From Epiperipatus broadwayi (taxonomy: Eukaryota > Animalia > Onychophora), in assembly GCA_028023455.1 (NCBI GenBank), contig JAQFVV010000005.1, positions 7,626,001 through 7,690,000 of the forward strand: a DNA stretch of 64,000 bases, read 5' to 3'. Below the pieces are notes generated by a model. The model had not been told where the DNA came from, did not search any database, and saw nothing but the letters and a program-made list of their open reading frames with translations. Shown piece by piece: positions 22,801 to 37,203 of the stretch. Within the stretch, counting starts at the first letter, position 1. Each line of letters starts with the position of its first letter. Made by a program: the position numbers and the translations under genes.

Positions 22801-25646
22801 CAAAGGGAGGAGTAGATTATCCACATTCAGGCTATGACTTGAAAGCACTCTAAATGGTGAACAAAGAATTAGGAATAAAACAAATCACCTATTCTTGGTA
22901 GCTCTGCTGCTTATAACTATATCTTTGACAACATTGTTGATAATTCAGAGTGAAATTAATACATCAACCAGAGGGAATGTGGCATTTAAGAGTTATTCAT
23001 ACTAGGCTGCAGACAGCATCTGACATTAACATCTTGATTTTAGTAATTAAGATATAAACTTTAAATTAAACATAGCTCAATGTATATGTAAACAAAGAGA
23101 GTAAATCTGTAATAAAGTGTGCTTTTTAGTTCTCTCATGCATCTCTCTTTTTTTGTTGTAGCTATCTTAATGAACTTTTATTAATTTTATGATTATTACA
23201 ATTTTTCTTTTAAAAGGTACAGTGAAGTCATTATCTATGCTGTGTCAATATACACTACTTTAGTTATATGCTAGTCAAAAAATATATAAAATACAAAAAG
23301 TAAAAACATTAAAATTTGTAAATTTAATATATTTTATAACATGGCAGTGTCCACTTTCTATGTTGGGGCATTATATTTATGTTTGTTAATAATATTTTGA
23401 GTGTACATTGAAAACATCAGTGCAACTAGAGAAACCATAGTTTACTGATAATGAAACTCTTATTTCATTGGAAAAAAGTTTCTGAAAAAAAAAATCATTA
23501 TGAGTATATTGAATTGTGACCCAAGACTAACATTTGACTATTCATTTTATTTAAAAAATAAAGATACAGTACCACACATTTATTATTATTGTTATTTAAA
23601 TGAACATAAATGTGTGAACACATACAATAAAATTATTTGTAATGATGCTTTTTCAATGCATTATTAATAACTGCATTAGTATTTTTTTTACTTTTATTTA
23701 TACTATAATCTTAATTTATATATGCATACTATACCCATAGATAAGCATCCATGTTGTGTTAAAAAATACTGTACACAATTCAGAAACAACATGTATTCTA
23801 TTGTTATCAAAACTTATGTGATGTACAATGTACATGAGGAGAGGGATTTGAAACAAATATAACAGACATCATGACTCCAATTAATAGATAAATAGCCTAT
23901 AAGAACAAAATTTGAAACAGTTATAAAAATAAATTAATTTAAGGGGAAAATGGGTGTATTCATATATTGGAGAAACCTCTTGTTTGTTGGGTAAAAATGA
24001 AAGGCATAATTTAATACATAATTAAATTAAAACAAAATAATTTGACGTGAAAAATTTTGTTCTTTATTTTATAGTTGTAAAATAATATATACAAATTATT
24101 TTCCATAATAATAAAATATTAAACAAAAATCAGAATTCTAGATTAAGAAATATTCTATGGTTATTGAATCATGTGATCTTGGTGAATTATGTGACCAATG
24201 TTTTACTATTTCTAATAAAATAAAAATTTTGCATTCAATTTCTATATACATAATATGATTTATTTTTATCATATATATATATAATGGCTAAAATAATATT
24301 TAAATTGCTTTCCATAATTGAGTCTCCAGATGGATTAGATGTAGATGATGATTTTTAGACTTGATCCTGGCTTGAATTTAACCCTATACCAAGAATTTGG
24401 CATTGAACACTAGGCCACAATCATTTCCATATATTCTTGTATAGGTTGACTATCATCATACATTTTTAATTAAAAGAGTTCTTTTATCTATACAAAAATA
24501 CAAAGAATTGTTTTGAATTATTAGTTCAATTACTGCTATTCAGTATGCTGATATAGGTATTAAAATATTTTGTATTTTTACAGAGTTATATTATTATTAA
24601 CAAAATCCAGTCAGTTTATAAAAAAATATTTTAATATATACAAACCATAGATAGTAAAATGAATTTTCATATTTTTAATAAAATTAGGATTTGTAATGAA
24701 GAGGAAAAAATTTACTGTTAAAATTCAAAAATTCACAATTAAAAAAAAACAACCTAGAAACCATTTACATTAGTTTACTAAAATAAGAAAAAAGTTATTA
24801 TCTCATTTAATAAATTGTTTTTCTCTTCACCAATAAAAATTGTAATTATAAATATGCAAATTTTTTTTGCATGCGTTAGTAAAGCTATAATTATACTATA
24901 ATGTTTAATATGCCTGTTTAGCACTTTCGAGATTTAGTATTCAAATCTCATACTCATAGCTTTATGAATGAAGACTGTTGTGATTTATTGTACACATATG
25001 CAAATGAACTTGAATTTTTAATTAGTTAGTCCATTGTTTGGAGAGAGCAAAGCATGCCTCTCTTCTATTAATGACACTGAGATCATTTGCTACGTAAAAA
25101 GCTTCTTTGACTTTTCTTTTGGCATCACTCTTCTCTGTGCAAATTATTTGCGCAGAACTGGGTTCGAATACATGGACTGCAACTGCTTGGTGGTCCCAGG
25201 AGATTGATGTTTCTTCATTTTTATTTTAAAACCTGTTATTTCAAATAATAATTTCATTTACATCAATATTAACACTGAACAGATATATATATATATTGTC
25301 AATAATATTATACTTTATACTACATGGCATTGTTTTGAAACAACTGAAGTTTTTCAACTAAAGTTCAAAAATAAATGTTAATGGTTTCTATAAATTAAGA
25401 GTTTTGATCATCTTCATCTTTGTATATGTGCTCCAAACACACAACAGATATTTATTAAGTAATTCAGTTTTACAATCATTAAACATCACATGATCACCAT
25501 CTCATATATGGAGAGTTTCTGTCTGTTTTACAATCATTGTATTGTTCTTTATACATTTTAAAGAAAAAAAATCTAAATCTTTGGTCTACCTTTATTTTTT
25601 ATAAGACTGAAATTTATAGAATAATGCTTTATTATTTTTGAGTTAT

Positions 25647-28600
25647 TTATAATTTTATTTTTTCAAAGATTGGAAAAATTGATTCTTTTAATATTTGCTT
25701 ACTATAATGTAGAAAAATTTTTGTGTAGGAGTTAGAAAAGTCAAAAAAACGTGGTGCCTTTTTCCATAGATATTTTTTGTCTATATCTTCTCTATATATA
25801 TATTTCTTATATATAGTCTCTTTTGCTATATTTTGCAATAAATTTTGTGTTGGTATAAAGAAATGTGGCAAATTTCCACAATAAAAAGCATCTTTTATTT
25901 TTTTGAAGCTTTTTTCTAAATAAACTTCTATATTTTCAAAAATACATGGTGTATCTTCAAAAACCCACAAACAACAAGTTTTTATATAATAGGATCTCAA
26001 TATTTTATCTTTGCAATTAATTTTTAGATGATTATAAACTTTTTTCTGGCATTCAGTCATGGTTTCACTCAATAATTTTTCAGCAGCTGAAAAGAAAGTT
26101 GACCATCATACATCCTATTGGTTTTACAAGATTTGAATACTACCTGATAACCACTTGAAACAATCTTTTGAATAATGTCATGGCTGGGCCAGTACCTCTT
26201 CCTTGATAACCAGTTTTTGGCCTTTATTGGCCAGCCTGAAAAACTTAAACAGGGCACTATTTCTATTTTATGATTAAAAGATTTCTCTTTAGTGATATGA
26301 TCTTCATATTTGACTAATAGTACTTTTATGGCTCTAGATAAGGTATTATACTTATGCTCTGAATTGATATCCATAATGGTGTAATCAATTTCATTGGTAA
26401 GGGCATCTTCATTCATGAAATAATCATCATTGATAGACGCTTTTTTATTTTCATTTTCATTATTTCTATACTCATTTTCTTTATTATTTGTGAAGGGTTT
26501 AATAGAATTTTGCTTCTATATATTACATTTCATAGTATTTCTAGTAGGTTGATTGATTTTGTAGACTTTACAGTTTTTAAAAATAGCTTTCAATTTTTTA
26601 ATGTTTTTTATCAATATGTGCTAAATACCTATAGCCAATAGGTAGACAGTTAACTAGAATATCAAAAGTATTACTGCATCTCTCCAGAAGATTCACAGAA
26701 ACTCCATTTTTTAAAAATTTGTTTTGTATTATTTTACACAATTTAATAACATTTTCATAATGATTTCCTGCAACATCCTTATCTCTCATTAATACCATAA
26801 GATGTTTGAAATGATTTATTAACATTTCAAAATGTTTATTCATTTTCTCATGAGTTTTATTTTTTGTGACAGTTTTATAAAAATTACTCAAGTGTATTTT
26901 TTTTTTTCATGTTTAGGTCCTACAATTGATATTTTTTGTTACAATCTAAGTACAACCTTAATATTATCAGTTTCATGAAATCATTTTGTGTCAGAAAATG
27001 TATTAATATGTGGAATTGCTTTTTTTCATTTATTTCTTTTCTAAAAATATATATTTTCTTTTATATTATTTAACACCTTTTTTAGTCTTTGTCGTATAAT
27101 GTTACAAAGTATTCTGAAATTAAAAAGTGGGTCATTACGGCAGCAATGTTGAAGATCTGGCCATGAAGAAGTCAATTCATCTTTGCAATTATTAATAATC
27201 ATTCGAAAACAATTTTCCAAAAGATATCTTTCAATGTGGAAATCATCATTTTGAAAATTACCTTCAATTGAATGATTTGAATTATAAAGCTGTTCTATCT
27301 CCTCGTTTGTAAAATTAATTACAGCTACATCATTTTTATCATATATTTTGTTTTTAATAATATCTATAATTTCTGGCATTCCATATAGGGTTATGATTGT
27401 TATCAATTCAAAACATTTTATCTGTGGTGTCAAAAATATGTTCATCCAAATAACATCTTATATCATCAGAATTAGATGCCCATAAAAAATTTTCTATTAA
27501 TTTATTATACAGTTTATTTGTCCAATTATATACTTTTCTTTTTTTAATTGTCTTATTATTAGTTACTGAATTTTCTTGTTTGGTCTTAAGCATTGAAGTC
27601 ACTGGGTGACTGATTCGCATTGATAATCAAAATGCTTAATATCTCATCAACTAGCTTTAAAAAGATCTCATTTGTAATATTATTGTTTTCATCTATATTT
27701 AATAACTTTTTAATTCTACTATAAATAACATATTCTAATTTTTTTGTATTATTCCATACATAGTTTATAATAGTATTAATATAATTATTAATATATAATG
27801 AACATATTTTATTTTGAAGTGAAGTTGTAAAACAATCTAGCTTCAGTTGTGACTGGATATGCTTTTTATTTTCTAAACAGTATTCATCAATTACATTTCT
27901 GAGATGTGAGTTTACGATTTTTCGTAATCTAAAAATAGTTTCATCTTTTGCATTCAAAACATTACCTTTGTCTTTAAGAATAATTGCAACAAAACATTGA
28001 TCAAACAAATCCATTAAAGTTTTAGTGGCACCATCAGTTAATATTTTCAATGCATGGGCTCTGATGATATCAGTGCTGACTTAACGTTTTTAATAAATAA
28101 CAAAAAAACATCATCAATATCTGATGTCACATGATCTTCAGTTACAACTAGAGAAGTTCTACGCTTATCTTGAAATTGTCCATTAATTTTGCCCCCAGTT
28201 GTTTTTTTAATTTTCTTTTTATTCTCGTTACTTTTTATAATAATTTCTTTTATTATTAAATTCATGTCTTGTATAGATTCATTGTTATTTTGCATGTATA
28301 CTTGAATACTTTGCATAAATGTTGCAGATATGTTTTTTAGTGTATTTTAATATTGTTTTTATGACACATTTTTTTTTACTATACTTTGTTATGATTAATT
28401 TTGCACTATGCATAATTACTGCCTTGAATTTGTTTATTAACTTAAGATAACTCTGTTCCAAATATATTATTTTATTTTTCTTCCATACTTGTTGAACAAT
28501 GCATTTTAATTCATCATTCTTAAGGATGTGTATTTTATCAAAAATTAAAACAAAAGGCAAACGTGAAACAATACTTTGGCTTATTAATGTTAATAGTTTA

Positions 28601-29453
28601 TTAAATAAACCTACAATTGGTTTTTTTAAATATTTAATTATTTTAAATCCAGTATTTTTATTAACAGTCTTATTCCATGAACTTTTTCTAAAGTCATTCC
28701 AAATTTCTTCACATAACTTTTCAACATGGCCAATGATGAAAGAACGTGATTGAGATCGCTGTGTCATAAAAAATACTGGTGAGACTAGTACTAATTTTTT
28801 TAAAAATATAATTCACATTTTTAAGTGATAATGTAATTTCCAGAGATATCTTTAAGTAGTTGTTTTACTGCAATCATAATATCAGAATAAGTTTTAAATT
28901 TGAGAAAAATATTTATTAAATTTTGTAAGTAAACAATTTGTGCATAATGAATGGAGTTGTAAAACTTTACTGTATAACAAGATAAGCTATCCATTTCTGC
29001 TTTTACAAAAAGATGTGGTGAAGCAAAAGCAATTTGTTGTTTTATTTTGACATTCAATGTTTGTCGAAGTTTCTCTAAGTCTAATTCTGCCTCTTCTTTG
29101 TCTTGACATCTTATGAAACTTCAGGCATCTCTTAGAACAGTTGGTCTTCCTTTAATTTTGACATGGGTGGGGTCATCAGGGTTACTCTGAATCGTTTTTA
29201 TATGAAAAAATGTTTTTATTTTATTATTAATTGAATATAAAAAATCTATATCAGATTTGTTTGGTTCAAATAAAACAGATCCATCAGCACAACTCCCCTG
29301 AAGGTAAAACCCGTTAGCATTCAACCAATCATGATCAACTTCACAAGGAGAAAACATTCCATTAGATATTTTATAAACAATATAATTATGATAAACTATA
29401 TATATCCTTCTTAATCCAAATGATAGTATAAAACAGATTATCTTACCATGCAT
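25647..29453 (-). pseudogene. Mab-21/cGAS-like (cGLR) nucleotidyltransferase pseudogene M4 with ~915-codon internal insertion
   Basis: LQGSCADG...SDIDF (QGS at 29300-29292), SPHLFVK, then the insert, then KIEIVPCLSFSGWP..NWLSRKRYWPSHDIIQKIVSSGYQVVFK, SYYIKTCCLW and LPHFFIPTQNLL. Collinear with M1 along its length, with different stops (TGA at 29121) and frameshifts. Confidence 0.88.
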
Positions 29454-29989
29454 TAACGATTAACAAAATTCTGTGATTTTGAAGAACTCATTAAAGTTAA
29501 TTGTGCAATTGTAGTTGCAATAAATTCTGTTGAAAAATTATTAAGCAGTAAGTATTCACTAATGATGATGATGACTTGTTACTACTTTTCTTATAGTATT
29601 CTGTTGCCATAGCTTTTCCTAGAATTGGACTTATAGTTTAATATATGCAATTCGTCTGAATAATATTTAATATAATAAAACTTTTTAAATAGTTCAAAGA
29701 TTATCAAAAAGTTTTTTAAATTACAGTAAATAAACAATGAGATAATAAAAAATGGATTTTAATAGTTATTTTCTATACCTTCTTATTTAAGAGAGAGAAA
29801 TTAGTTTAAATAATTTCATATAGAAAGTTCATTTGACTTTTATGAAAATTCAAAGTATTTTATCCAAAAGATTTTTTTTTACTTATTTAAAATCTGCATA
29901 AATGAGCGGATTATTGTTATAAATGCAAAATCAAACTTAAAATATTATTTCTTTGTATTATTTATCAACGTTGTGTATGTAAACTAAAT

Positions 29990-30180
29990 AAGTGGAAAAA
30001 TAATGTCATATCTACTTAATAACGTGATTTTAGGGAGAAGATGTAAGTCATTTTCACGCCTCAATTTATTATACTAAAATACAACTTCATAAATCAAACA
30101 TTTGATAACTGTATTAACAATATGAATGCAGATAAGAAAATGGCTGTTGCATGGGTAAGCAGTCTAATATTTTTCAATGA
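29990..30180 (+). mobile_element. RTE-like LINE fragment
   Basis: Degenerate reading resembling the RTE C-terminal segment seen at 15902-16330 (K-KTFDNC-L-Y-C pattern). Confidence 0.4.
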
Positions 30181-30184
30181 TAAT

Positions 30185-32260
30185 GTGATGTGAAATGGTT
30201 ACTCCTTTATCAAAGTCAGGAATCTCTTAACCACTACATCCAGAGATACCTATTAACCACCTTATTTTCTCTTTCCATTCCCCACCCTAAATTTTTCCCA
30301 TATTCTTTTTTATTCTGCTCTACCTCATTTCCAGAACATGTGTCCACTCTATGGCCTTTATACTTAGATTCTTCTTATCTTTTTGCAAATCCAGCATAAA
30401 AAACAAGAATCCACTTTCTGTATAATCATTTTGTATATATTTATTCTCCCACAACTTCATTTGTGGCTTGTAAGCATTTACATTCAATTACAAGATGCGT
30501 AATATTTTTCATGCCTTCCTTACATAACTTGCAGAATAAATTTCTCCATTTATGTGTATATTCTTTTGTTGTTAACAATTCTGTTCAAGCCTTAAACAGT
30601 AAGTGATTTTATTTGCTACTATCATACCCAATATTCTGTTTACATTTTTACTCTTCATATTAGTTCTCCATTTCTCCAGATCCTTATTTTTTTTTTATTA
30701 ATGTATCTATTCTTCTATCCCATTCTTTGCCACTATAATACTCAACAATTCTTTTAACACAATTGTCCCACCTTTTGTACAAGTATACTGGCATAAATTT
30801 TTTATCCAAATCTTACGCATACCATACAATCTTTTTCACCCATCTTGTTGCCTACTCTTTACTCATAATCCAATTAAATACAATTTGTGCTATTCCTTTA
30901 CTATCCATAAATCACAATCTAGTGAACATTTTAATTTTGCTTTTTGCATCTCTCATATAAAAACTTGATCACCCCACTTCTCCTTGAATTTCCTTTTTTA
31001 CCATCCACACACCTGCATCTAATGTATGTTATCCTTCTTCTCTTTATACTTTTTCTAAGTAATATAATACTTATTTACTTACATATAATGCATCATTATC
31101 ATAAATTAACCTTGACACTGGCACTCCTTTCCATACAATTCTTGCTACATCATATTTATTATATGAAAACACTATTAATTTCTTTATCAGCCCCTTTCTT
31201 TTTTTTTTGCTTCATTTACCATTTTTTTCTCCTATTTGTCCAAGCAATTTTTCTGATTACTTAAAATGATTCACAAATAGTTATACCTATTCATTATATT
31301 TAAATTTATATCCTCCAATAAAAATTCTCTTTCCCCAGTATTTATCATCATTACTTTTGATTTTTCTTTATTAAATTTAATCCTCATTTCTTTACCCACC
31401 TTTGTGAAAGTCTTCTGCATAACTTCCACATCCTTCTTACTTTCTGTGCACAAGAACATATTGTCAAGCAAATAAAAAACCTGATAATGTATTCTCTCCT
31501 TTGCCATCTATTAATGGTATCTCTATCAGTCTTCCTAGTCTTTCTATTGTTCTCTCCATTTTTTTCTCAAATGTAACAAACAAAAATAGAGGACATAGGT
31601 CAACCTAGCTCTAGTCCCACCCCATTTTTAACTCTAATGTTCTAATTGATACATATAGTAATTATTTTCATACAATCTCTTAATAAAATCCATTAAAGCT
31701 CTATTCATTCCCAAATTTATTAAACTTATCCATGGTCTGTTTTTATTTACTCTATCATATACCTTTTATAAAAACAATACATAGCTACCTATTTGTATTT
31801 CTATTCATATCTATAAGTTTTATGACTACAAATAAACTATCTCCTATATGCCTATCCATTCTAAAACATTTTTGAATTTTTCTATTTTCTTCCATTCATT
31901 TTGCCACCCATCTAGCCACCATATATGCAAACACTTTATATAAAACTGATGTTATTGATATGGGTCTATAATTGTTTTTTTCTATGGTCCTTACTCTTTC
32001 TTTACATAATAGTCTCACTTTTGTATTATTCCAACTATCTGGAAATTCTGTTTTCTGTGCCATTTTATTAAAACATGATAATAGATTCAATTTTGCCCTA
32101 TTTCCCAAATTCATCACCATCTTCACTGCCCATCCATGTAAACCTCTTGTCTTTCCATTTTTCAATGTTTTCCCTGTCTCATTCGATTCATTTTATATAA
32201 ACTAACATTTCCATCACTAAGTGTTATTATTACTCTGTCCTTCACATCTAACATTATTTC
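30185..32260 (-). mobile_element. CR1/L2-like LINE reverse transcriptase remnant
   Basis: MKNGKTRGLHG, FPDSWNNTKVRLL, NNYRPISITSVLYKVF, LLDNMFLC (degenerate LFADD), IKFNKEKSKVM and NIMNRYNYLG. Same family as 52640-53850. Confidence 0.85.
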
Positions 32261-32739
32261 TATATCCATTACATACTTATTTAAAATTGTCTCTAATTTT
32301 TCATTTAGGAATAAAATAGAGTCAATTTGGCATAAATATCACTAGATTTTATTTCTACTCTAAAAAAATTCTTTTAATTTTAAACTTATGTCATTTAGCC
32401 GCACTTCTTTAAAACAGACAAGTTAGTATGAATATAATAAACAATGCTAATCTTGGTCTAGATAACATTTACTAATCTATTATACTTGGTATACAATTTA
32501 TTGGATTTGATCATCCATTAACCATGTTGAGATGTTATATATAGAGCTCGCAAAATATAACATTTGTAAACACAAGCTTATTAAATTAGGTCGTGTGACA
32601 TCTGACTTGATTTTTTTTGTAACCATGTTGAGATGAACAAAGAAAGCCACTAATAAGTGTACCATGTAACATGAACACCAAGAGAACTATCTCAAGCACC
32701 AATATATCAACCAACCTATATAAAAAATGAACAAAGCTC

Positions 32740-32870
32740 CACTACAAGACTTAGAGGCTAAAATGTAATATAATGTAAAATTTATGCTTGGCTCACTCTT
32801 GAGACTTAGAGGCTGACAAATATAAGATTATGTCTGGTTTACTTTTGAGACTTAGAGGGTGATAACTATA
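32740..32870. repeat. Short degenerate tandem repeat containing gacttagagg x3
   Basis: agacttagaggct near 32746, gagacttagaggct near 32800 and gagacttagagggt near 32848. Confidence 0.6.
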
Positions 32871-34269
32871 AATATACAATGATTGGGGACAGTGCTGAAA
32901 TAAAGACTTTAAAACATGACAACCTCAAAACAATGAAAACCTTTCCATTCATCAATCAATACAGAAAGCTACATGTTCAACCATTAATGACCCAATGAAA
33001 TCAATTTTAATTCAAATTATATAGTGCTTTCTTTTATATGCTTTAGTAAATAATTATATTTAATTCATTTAGCATGACTTCTTTGCCAACTTTTTTTTTA
33101 ACATTTGAGCAGCACAATGCAATTTCAAAATGAGTCATTTTTTTGCTGTTCAGAAGTATCTACTTTTATAATTGGTACTTTAAAATTATTTGTTCATTCT
33201 CCTATAACAAGTATCTATTAACAAGTCCAAAGTCATCAACTTAGAGGTCATCCTTATTCATAGGATTAAACTTTGCCTCTATTTTTTTATTAATATGCAG
33301 ACCCTCACTCGGAATGACCTGAAATATGGTAACTGATTCATCTCTTAAAAAAATTACTTTTCCATTTTTTTCTTTCTAGCTTTATTTTTTACTTTTATTC
33401 TCACATAATGAGTTCTTGAAATTAATTTCTTAGACAATCTATCTAGCTTAATTACATACCTTAACTTTAGGTTTCTCTTCTCTAGTTCTGTAATTTTTAA
33501 TCTTGGTAATTTCCTGATACTTTTTCTTTTATACACCTTACCAAGCAAAATACTATTATATTTAATTTTATTAAACTGATCTTGATTATCTATTTCTATC
33601 ATATTTAAGTAACCTATTTTTTTTTCCCAATTATTCATTTCTTCAAATGTGCTTTTATGTTATTTGTATTTTTAAACACAATATATTATAACATTGCTGT
33701 CAACATCCAAGGCTTTGTGTGTTAACATTAAACTTATTTAGACTATTAATATCATGATCATTTTTAATTCAAGTACTCTGGCATTTATCATTCATTTTAT
33801 CTGTTTCATCTAACTTAGAATTATCTATCTGTGGTGGTTCTAAAATTATATCATGATTAGGTTTATCTATTTGATCAGCTATCACATTTTCTATATTATT
33901 TTAAACCTCAAAATTTATTTCATTAACTTTACTTTGACTCCCCTCTTATTAATGCTACAATGAAGAAGTGATGATTGCCTCCTTTTGTGAAAGTAGATGA
34001 TCCAAGAGATTTCAATTGGTTCCCATAGCAATATTATTTTAAAATGGACAACTTTATTTTAAAATAAAAAATGGTAATAAAATTTTATCTTTTACAATTA
34101 ATACAGTTTTTATTATTATTTAAAATTCCTTCATATTTATTGGTACACATAACTTTTTATATTTTAGAATACATAATAAAAGCCATGCATGTAAATTCAG
34201 TCATAAACATTACATATAAAATTAAAAATATTATTGTGATATATTATATATGTTAATCCTTTGTTTTGA

Positions 34270-34600
34270 GAAAATCTTGTAATCAGCAAAGAAGAATCCT
34301 TTTAAATTCTTTAACAAGGTCTCAATCCATAGAAATTCTCTCCATAAAAGCAATCTGCCAACATTACAATGAAATCTTATTCATCCTTACCAAGGTTATA
34401 GTATCGTGAAGAATATTTGGTCTCAAATAATAATACAACAGAATAACAAGTTTTATGTCCATAGCTGAGAATCTTTTCATTGTTTATCATACTAATGAAT
34501 ATCCAATTTTAAAATGCATAGTTGATCATTTTATTTCTTACTTAACACCATATAATATTATTTGCTAAAAATATGTTCATAATTAAGCCAGAAAATAGAA
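34270..34600 (-). pseudogene. Possible diverged Mab-21 C-terminal remnant M5
   Basis: Minus-strand ILSYGHKTC...LFE...LADCFYGEN parallels ILRSYYIKTCCLWVFE...IKDAFYCGN of M4. Weak match. Confidence 0.3.
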
Positions 34601-35144
34601 ATAATTTATTGTTGGGAGTCAATACATTACAATCTTGATTGTTATGCTGGAACATCTTGAATTCCCTTAAAGATACATGAACTTTAATTTTAATTTGCAA
34701 GGAAACTATTAAAGATATAAAATCATGTTATATATTATTTGATTCTGTTTTAAATTATATAATATGTCTGTCTTTTTTCAATAAGATAAAAATTGTAGAT
34801 TTATGAAAATTTAAATTAATTATTTACTTCAAGATTTTTTTTTTCAATTTTCACAAATAATTTTCAAAAAGAATTTTAAATGCTATTAAATTAATTTAAT
34901 AATGTAAGCATTTTTTAAATTTTATTATCATTATTAAAAAAAAGGTGAAGTATTATTAGTTCAACTTTTAGAATCAATTATTTTCAGTAATATTAATTAG
35001 TTCACACATTCCATTATCTTCAATGAACCTCCTCCTTTTTTGAATACAAAAGCTTCAGTTCAAATCTGCAGGAAAACTATTCAAGATATGTATATTTCTA
35101 TAAGGCAGTTTTCACCACACCACTCTCCTGCAAAAGAGCAATAG

Positions 35145-35580
35145 TAAAAGTGGATGGAAATCAGTCCCTACCTTGCATGAGAATGTTGTAATGAAAATTA
35201 CATTACAGAAATATTATTCATTAAGTGGATAATCTCTAGTCTAATGAATGACTAATTAAGATTATTAATATACTTCCATTAAGCAGTTTGTGTCAAAATT
35301 ATGAGGGTGGTAATTTTGACAATTATTAAATAAACTGTAGTAATTGGCTATCTATATATAGTGAACATTGATGAAAGTGCAAGAGATAATTTGGTTGTGC
35401 ATTTTCGGGATCATACATCTTTTTCCCATGTCTATGATCACACCCCTCCATATGGTGTTAAAAATGGATAGAAACCAGTTCCTATTGTGTGTAAAAGTAA
35501 TGTAGTGAAAATTATACTTCAGAAATATTCATTGATTAGATCTCTAGTCTAATGAGTGGCTAATAAAAATTATTAATATT
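35145..35580. repeat. Diverged ~310-bp tandem duplication
   Basis: gtaatgaaaattacattacagaaatatt...atctctagtctaatgaatgactaa (35188-35256) vs gtagtgaaaattatacttcagaaatatt...atctctagtctaatgagtggctaa (35502-35563). Confidence 0.75.
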
Positions 35581-37120
35581 CAAACTATGTAATTGTGTAA
35601 TAAGTCATTAGAAAATGTAAGAGAATACCTTTCTGATGATATGCAGTTTATGATTGTCTGACAAAAATGGTGGAGATATATTTTTGAAAAAAGTTATTTA
35701 TTGTAAAATTTCAATCTTCTTCATCTCCTCTAAAGACAAAATATATATAATATACTTTTGAAAAAAAAAATTATTGATATAAGTTGTTTTTATAAACATT
35801 AATTATTATATATATAAAATTCACAAAAATATTACATTTCATATAGATATAAAATAAAAAGTGCACGTTTTATTTATAAATATATGTGTACGTATCAAAA
35901 ATGAAAAGATTGAATCCATTACACTGTTTTTTCATATATTTATACAAATCACATAATATGAAACAAAATATCTATATAGCAGCAATAATTGCATATAATA
36001 AAAAAAAATACAAAAAAGCTTTTTTTGACAAATATTTTTTTTTGCCTTATCAGTGTGGTAAAAAGTATTTTAAAGCTACAATTTACATTGCACACATAGT
36101 AACATTCATTTTTTTATATATATAAATTAACTAAAATCAATTATAAATATAATAAATATGTACAAAGAAAAAAAAACTTATATAAATGTATATTATATAT
36201 TTTCCATTCATTTTTAATTACCAATTATTAGTTAAATTGATGCTTTATATATATATTCATACAGTTATATTTGTTGTAATTAACATAATTTGTTTCACAT
36301 AGATTCTTTTAATAATTTTAAAATCTTTTACAAAAACACAATCTACTTTATGTCTAGATTTTAAATAATGAATATACAGTGTAGATTTATCATTTCTTCT
36401 ATTAATTAGATTCTTCTGCTCTTTCATCTAATTGTTTTCTTATATAATCATATTTCAATTTCCACAATTAATTTTAAATTTATGTACATTATACATACAC
36501 ATTCATAAATTAATATTTGTTATTTGAACATTTATACATAAATTTATGTTAAATTACTAATAGGTATAAACAAACATGGGATCATCGCAAGAATGTTTTA
36601 CTATATATACATGTTATTTCATACTTATATATATATGTAATGTTATTCTTATTCGATATCTATATTTCTTCAAAGTTATATATATAATCTTGTAATTAAA
36701 TATTAATAAATACAATAACAAATATATATATAGAAAGTACAACTTTAAAAACTTTTATCCATATATATATAAATTGAAAATTGATGTTCTTTTAAATTTA
36801 ATTATTAATAGATAAAAAATAATTGCCACTATATAAAATCAAATACAAACGTGCCAGCAATCTGATGTATATATAAATGTGCAAATTATATATAATAATT
36901 TTTAATAACTGTAATTTATCAATGTTTATTTTTAATTATGCAATAAAGTCCTCAAAAATATTTTTTTTGGCTTTGTTGTAGAAAACAATAGATTTTACAT
37001 ATATTCAATATATTTTTTTTAACAAAAGAGATTAAAGAATGTGCTATTTTTGGATTAGTGAAGGCATGAAATATAATAATTAAGACTTTTTACTGTTTTT
37101 TTGTTTTTTTAAGTGTCATA

Positions 37121-37203
37121 GCATTGGCCAGGACACGAACCCGCAACCCGGGCAACTGCCTGCAAGAGCAAGGCAGTCGCGCTGATCTCTCGACCACCAA
37201 TGC
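37121..37203 (-). mobile_element. tRNA-Gly-like SINE head or tRNA-derived retrocopy
   Basis: Minus strand GCATTGG...CCAATGC is a perfect 7-bp acceptor stem matching eukaryotic tRNA-Gly(GCC). It has an A-box-like TGGTCGAGAGA and a B-box GGTTCGTGTCC, followed by an A-rich tail and a possible aaagtc TSD. There is no canonical anticodon loop. Confidence 0.65.

Noticed and set aside
23341-23365. miR-34-like TGGCAGTGT
   Set aside because: Only 9 nt match and no precursor hairpin is evident.
24355-24420. tRNA genes here and at 25150-25175 and 51665-51700
   Set aside because: Only degenerate A- or B-box-like words with no cloverleaf; at most old SINE remnants.
9919-29453. Alternative genetic code or stop-codon readthrough explaining the broken cGLR ORFs
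   Set aside because: The stops are of mixed types at different positions in each copy, frameshifts and deletions are also present, and the ZF ORFs read normally in the standard code. Some homopolymer frameshifts could still be assembly errors.
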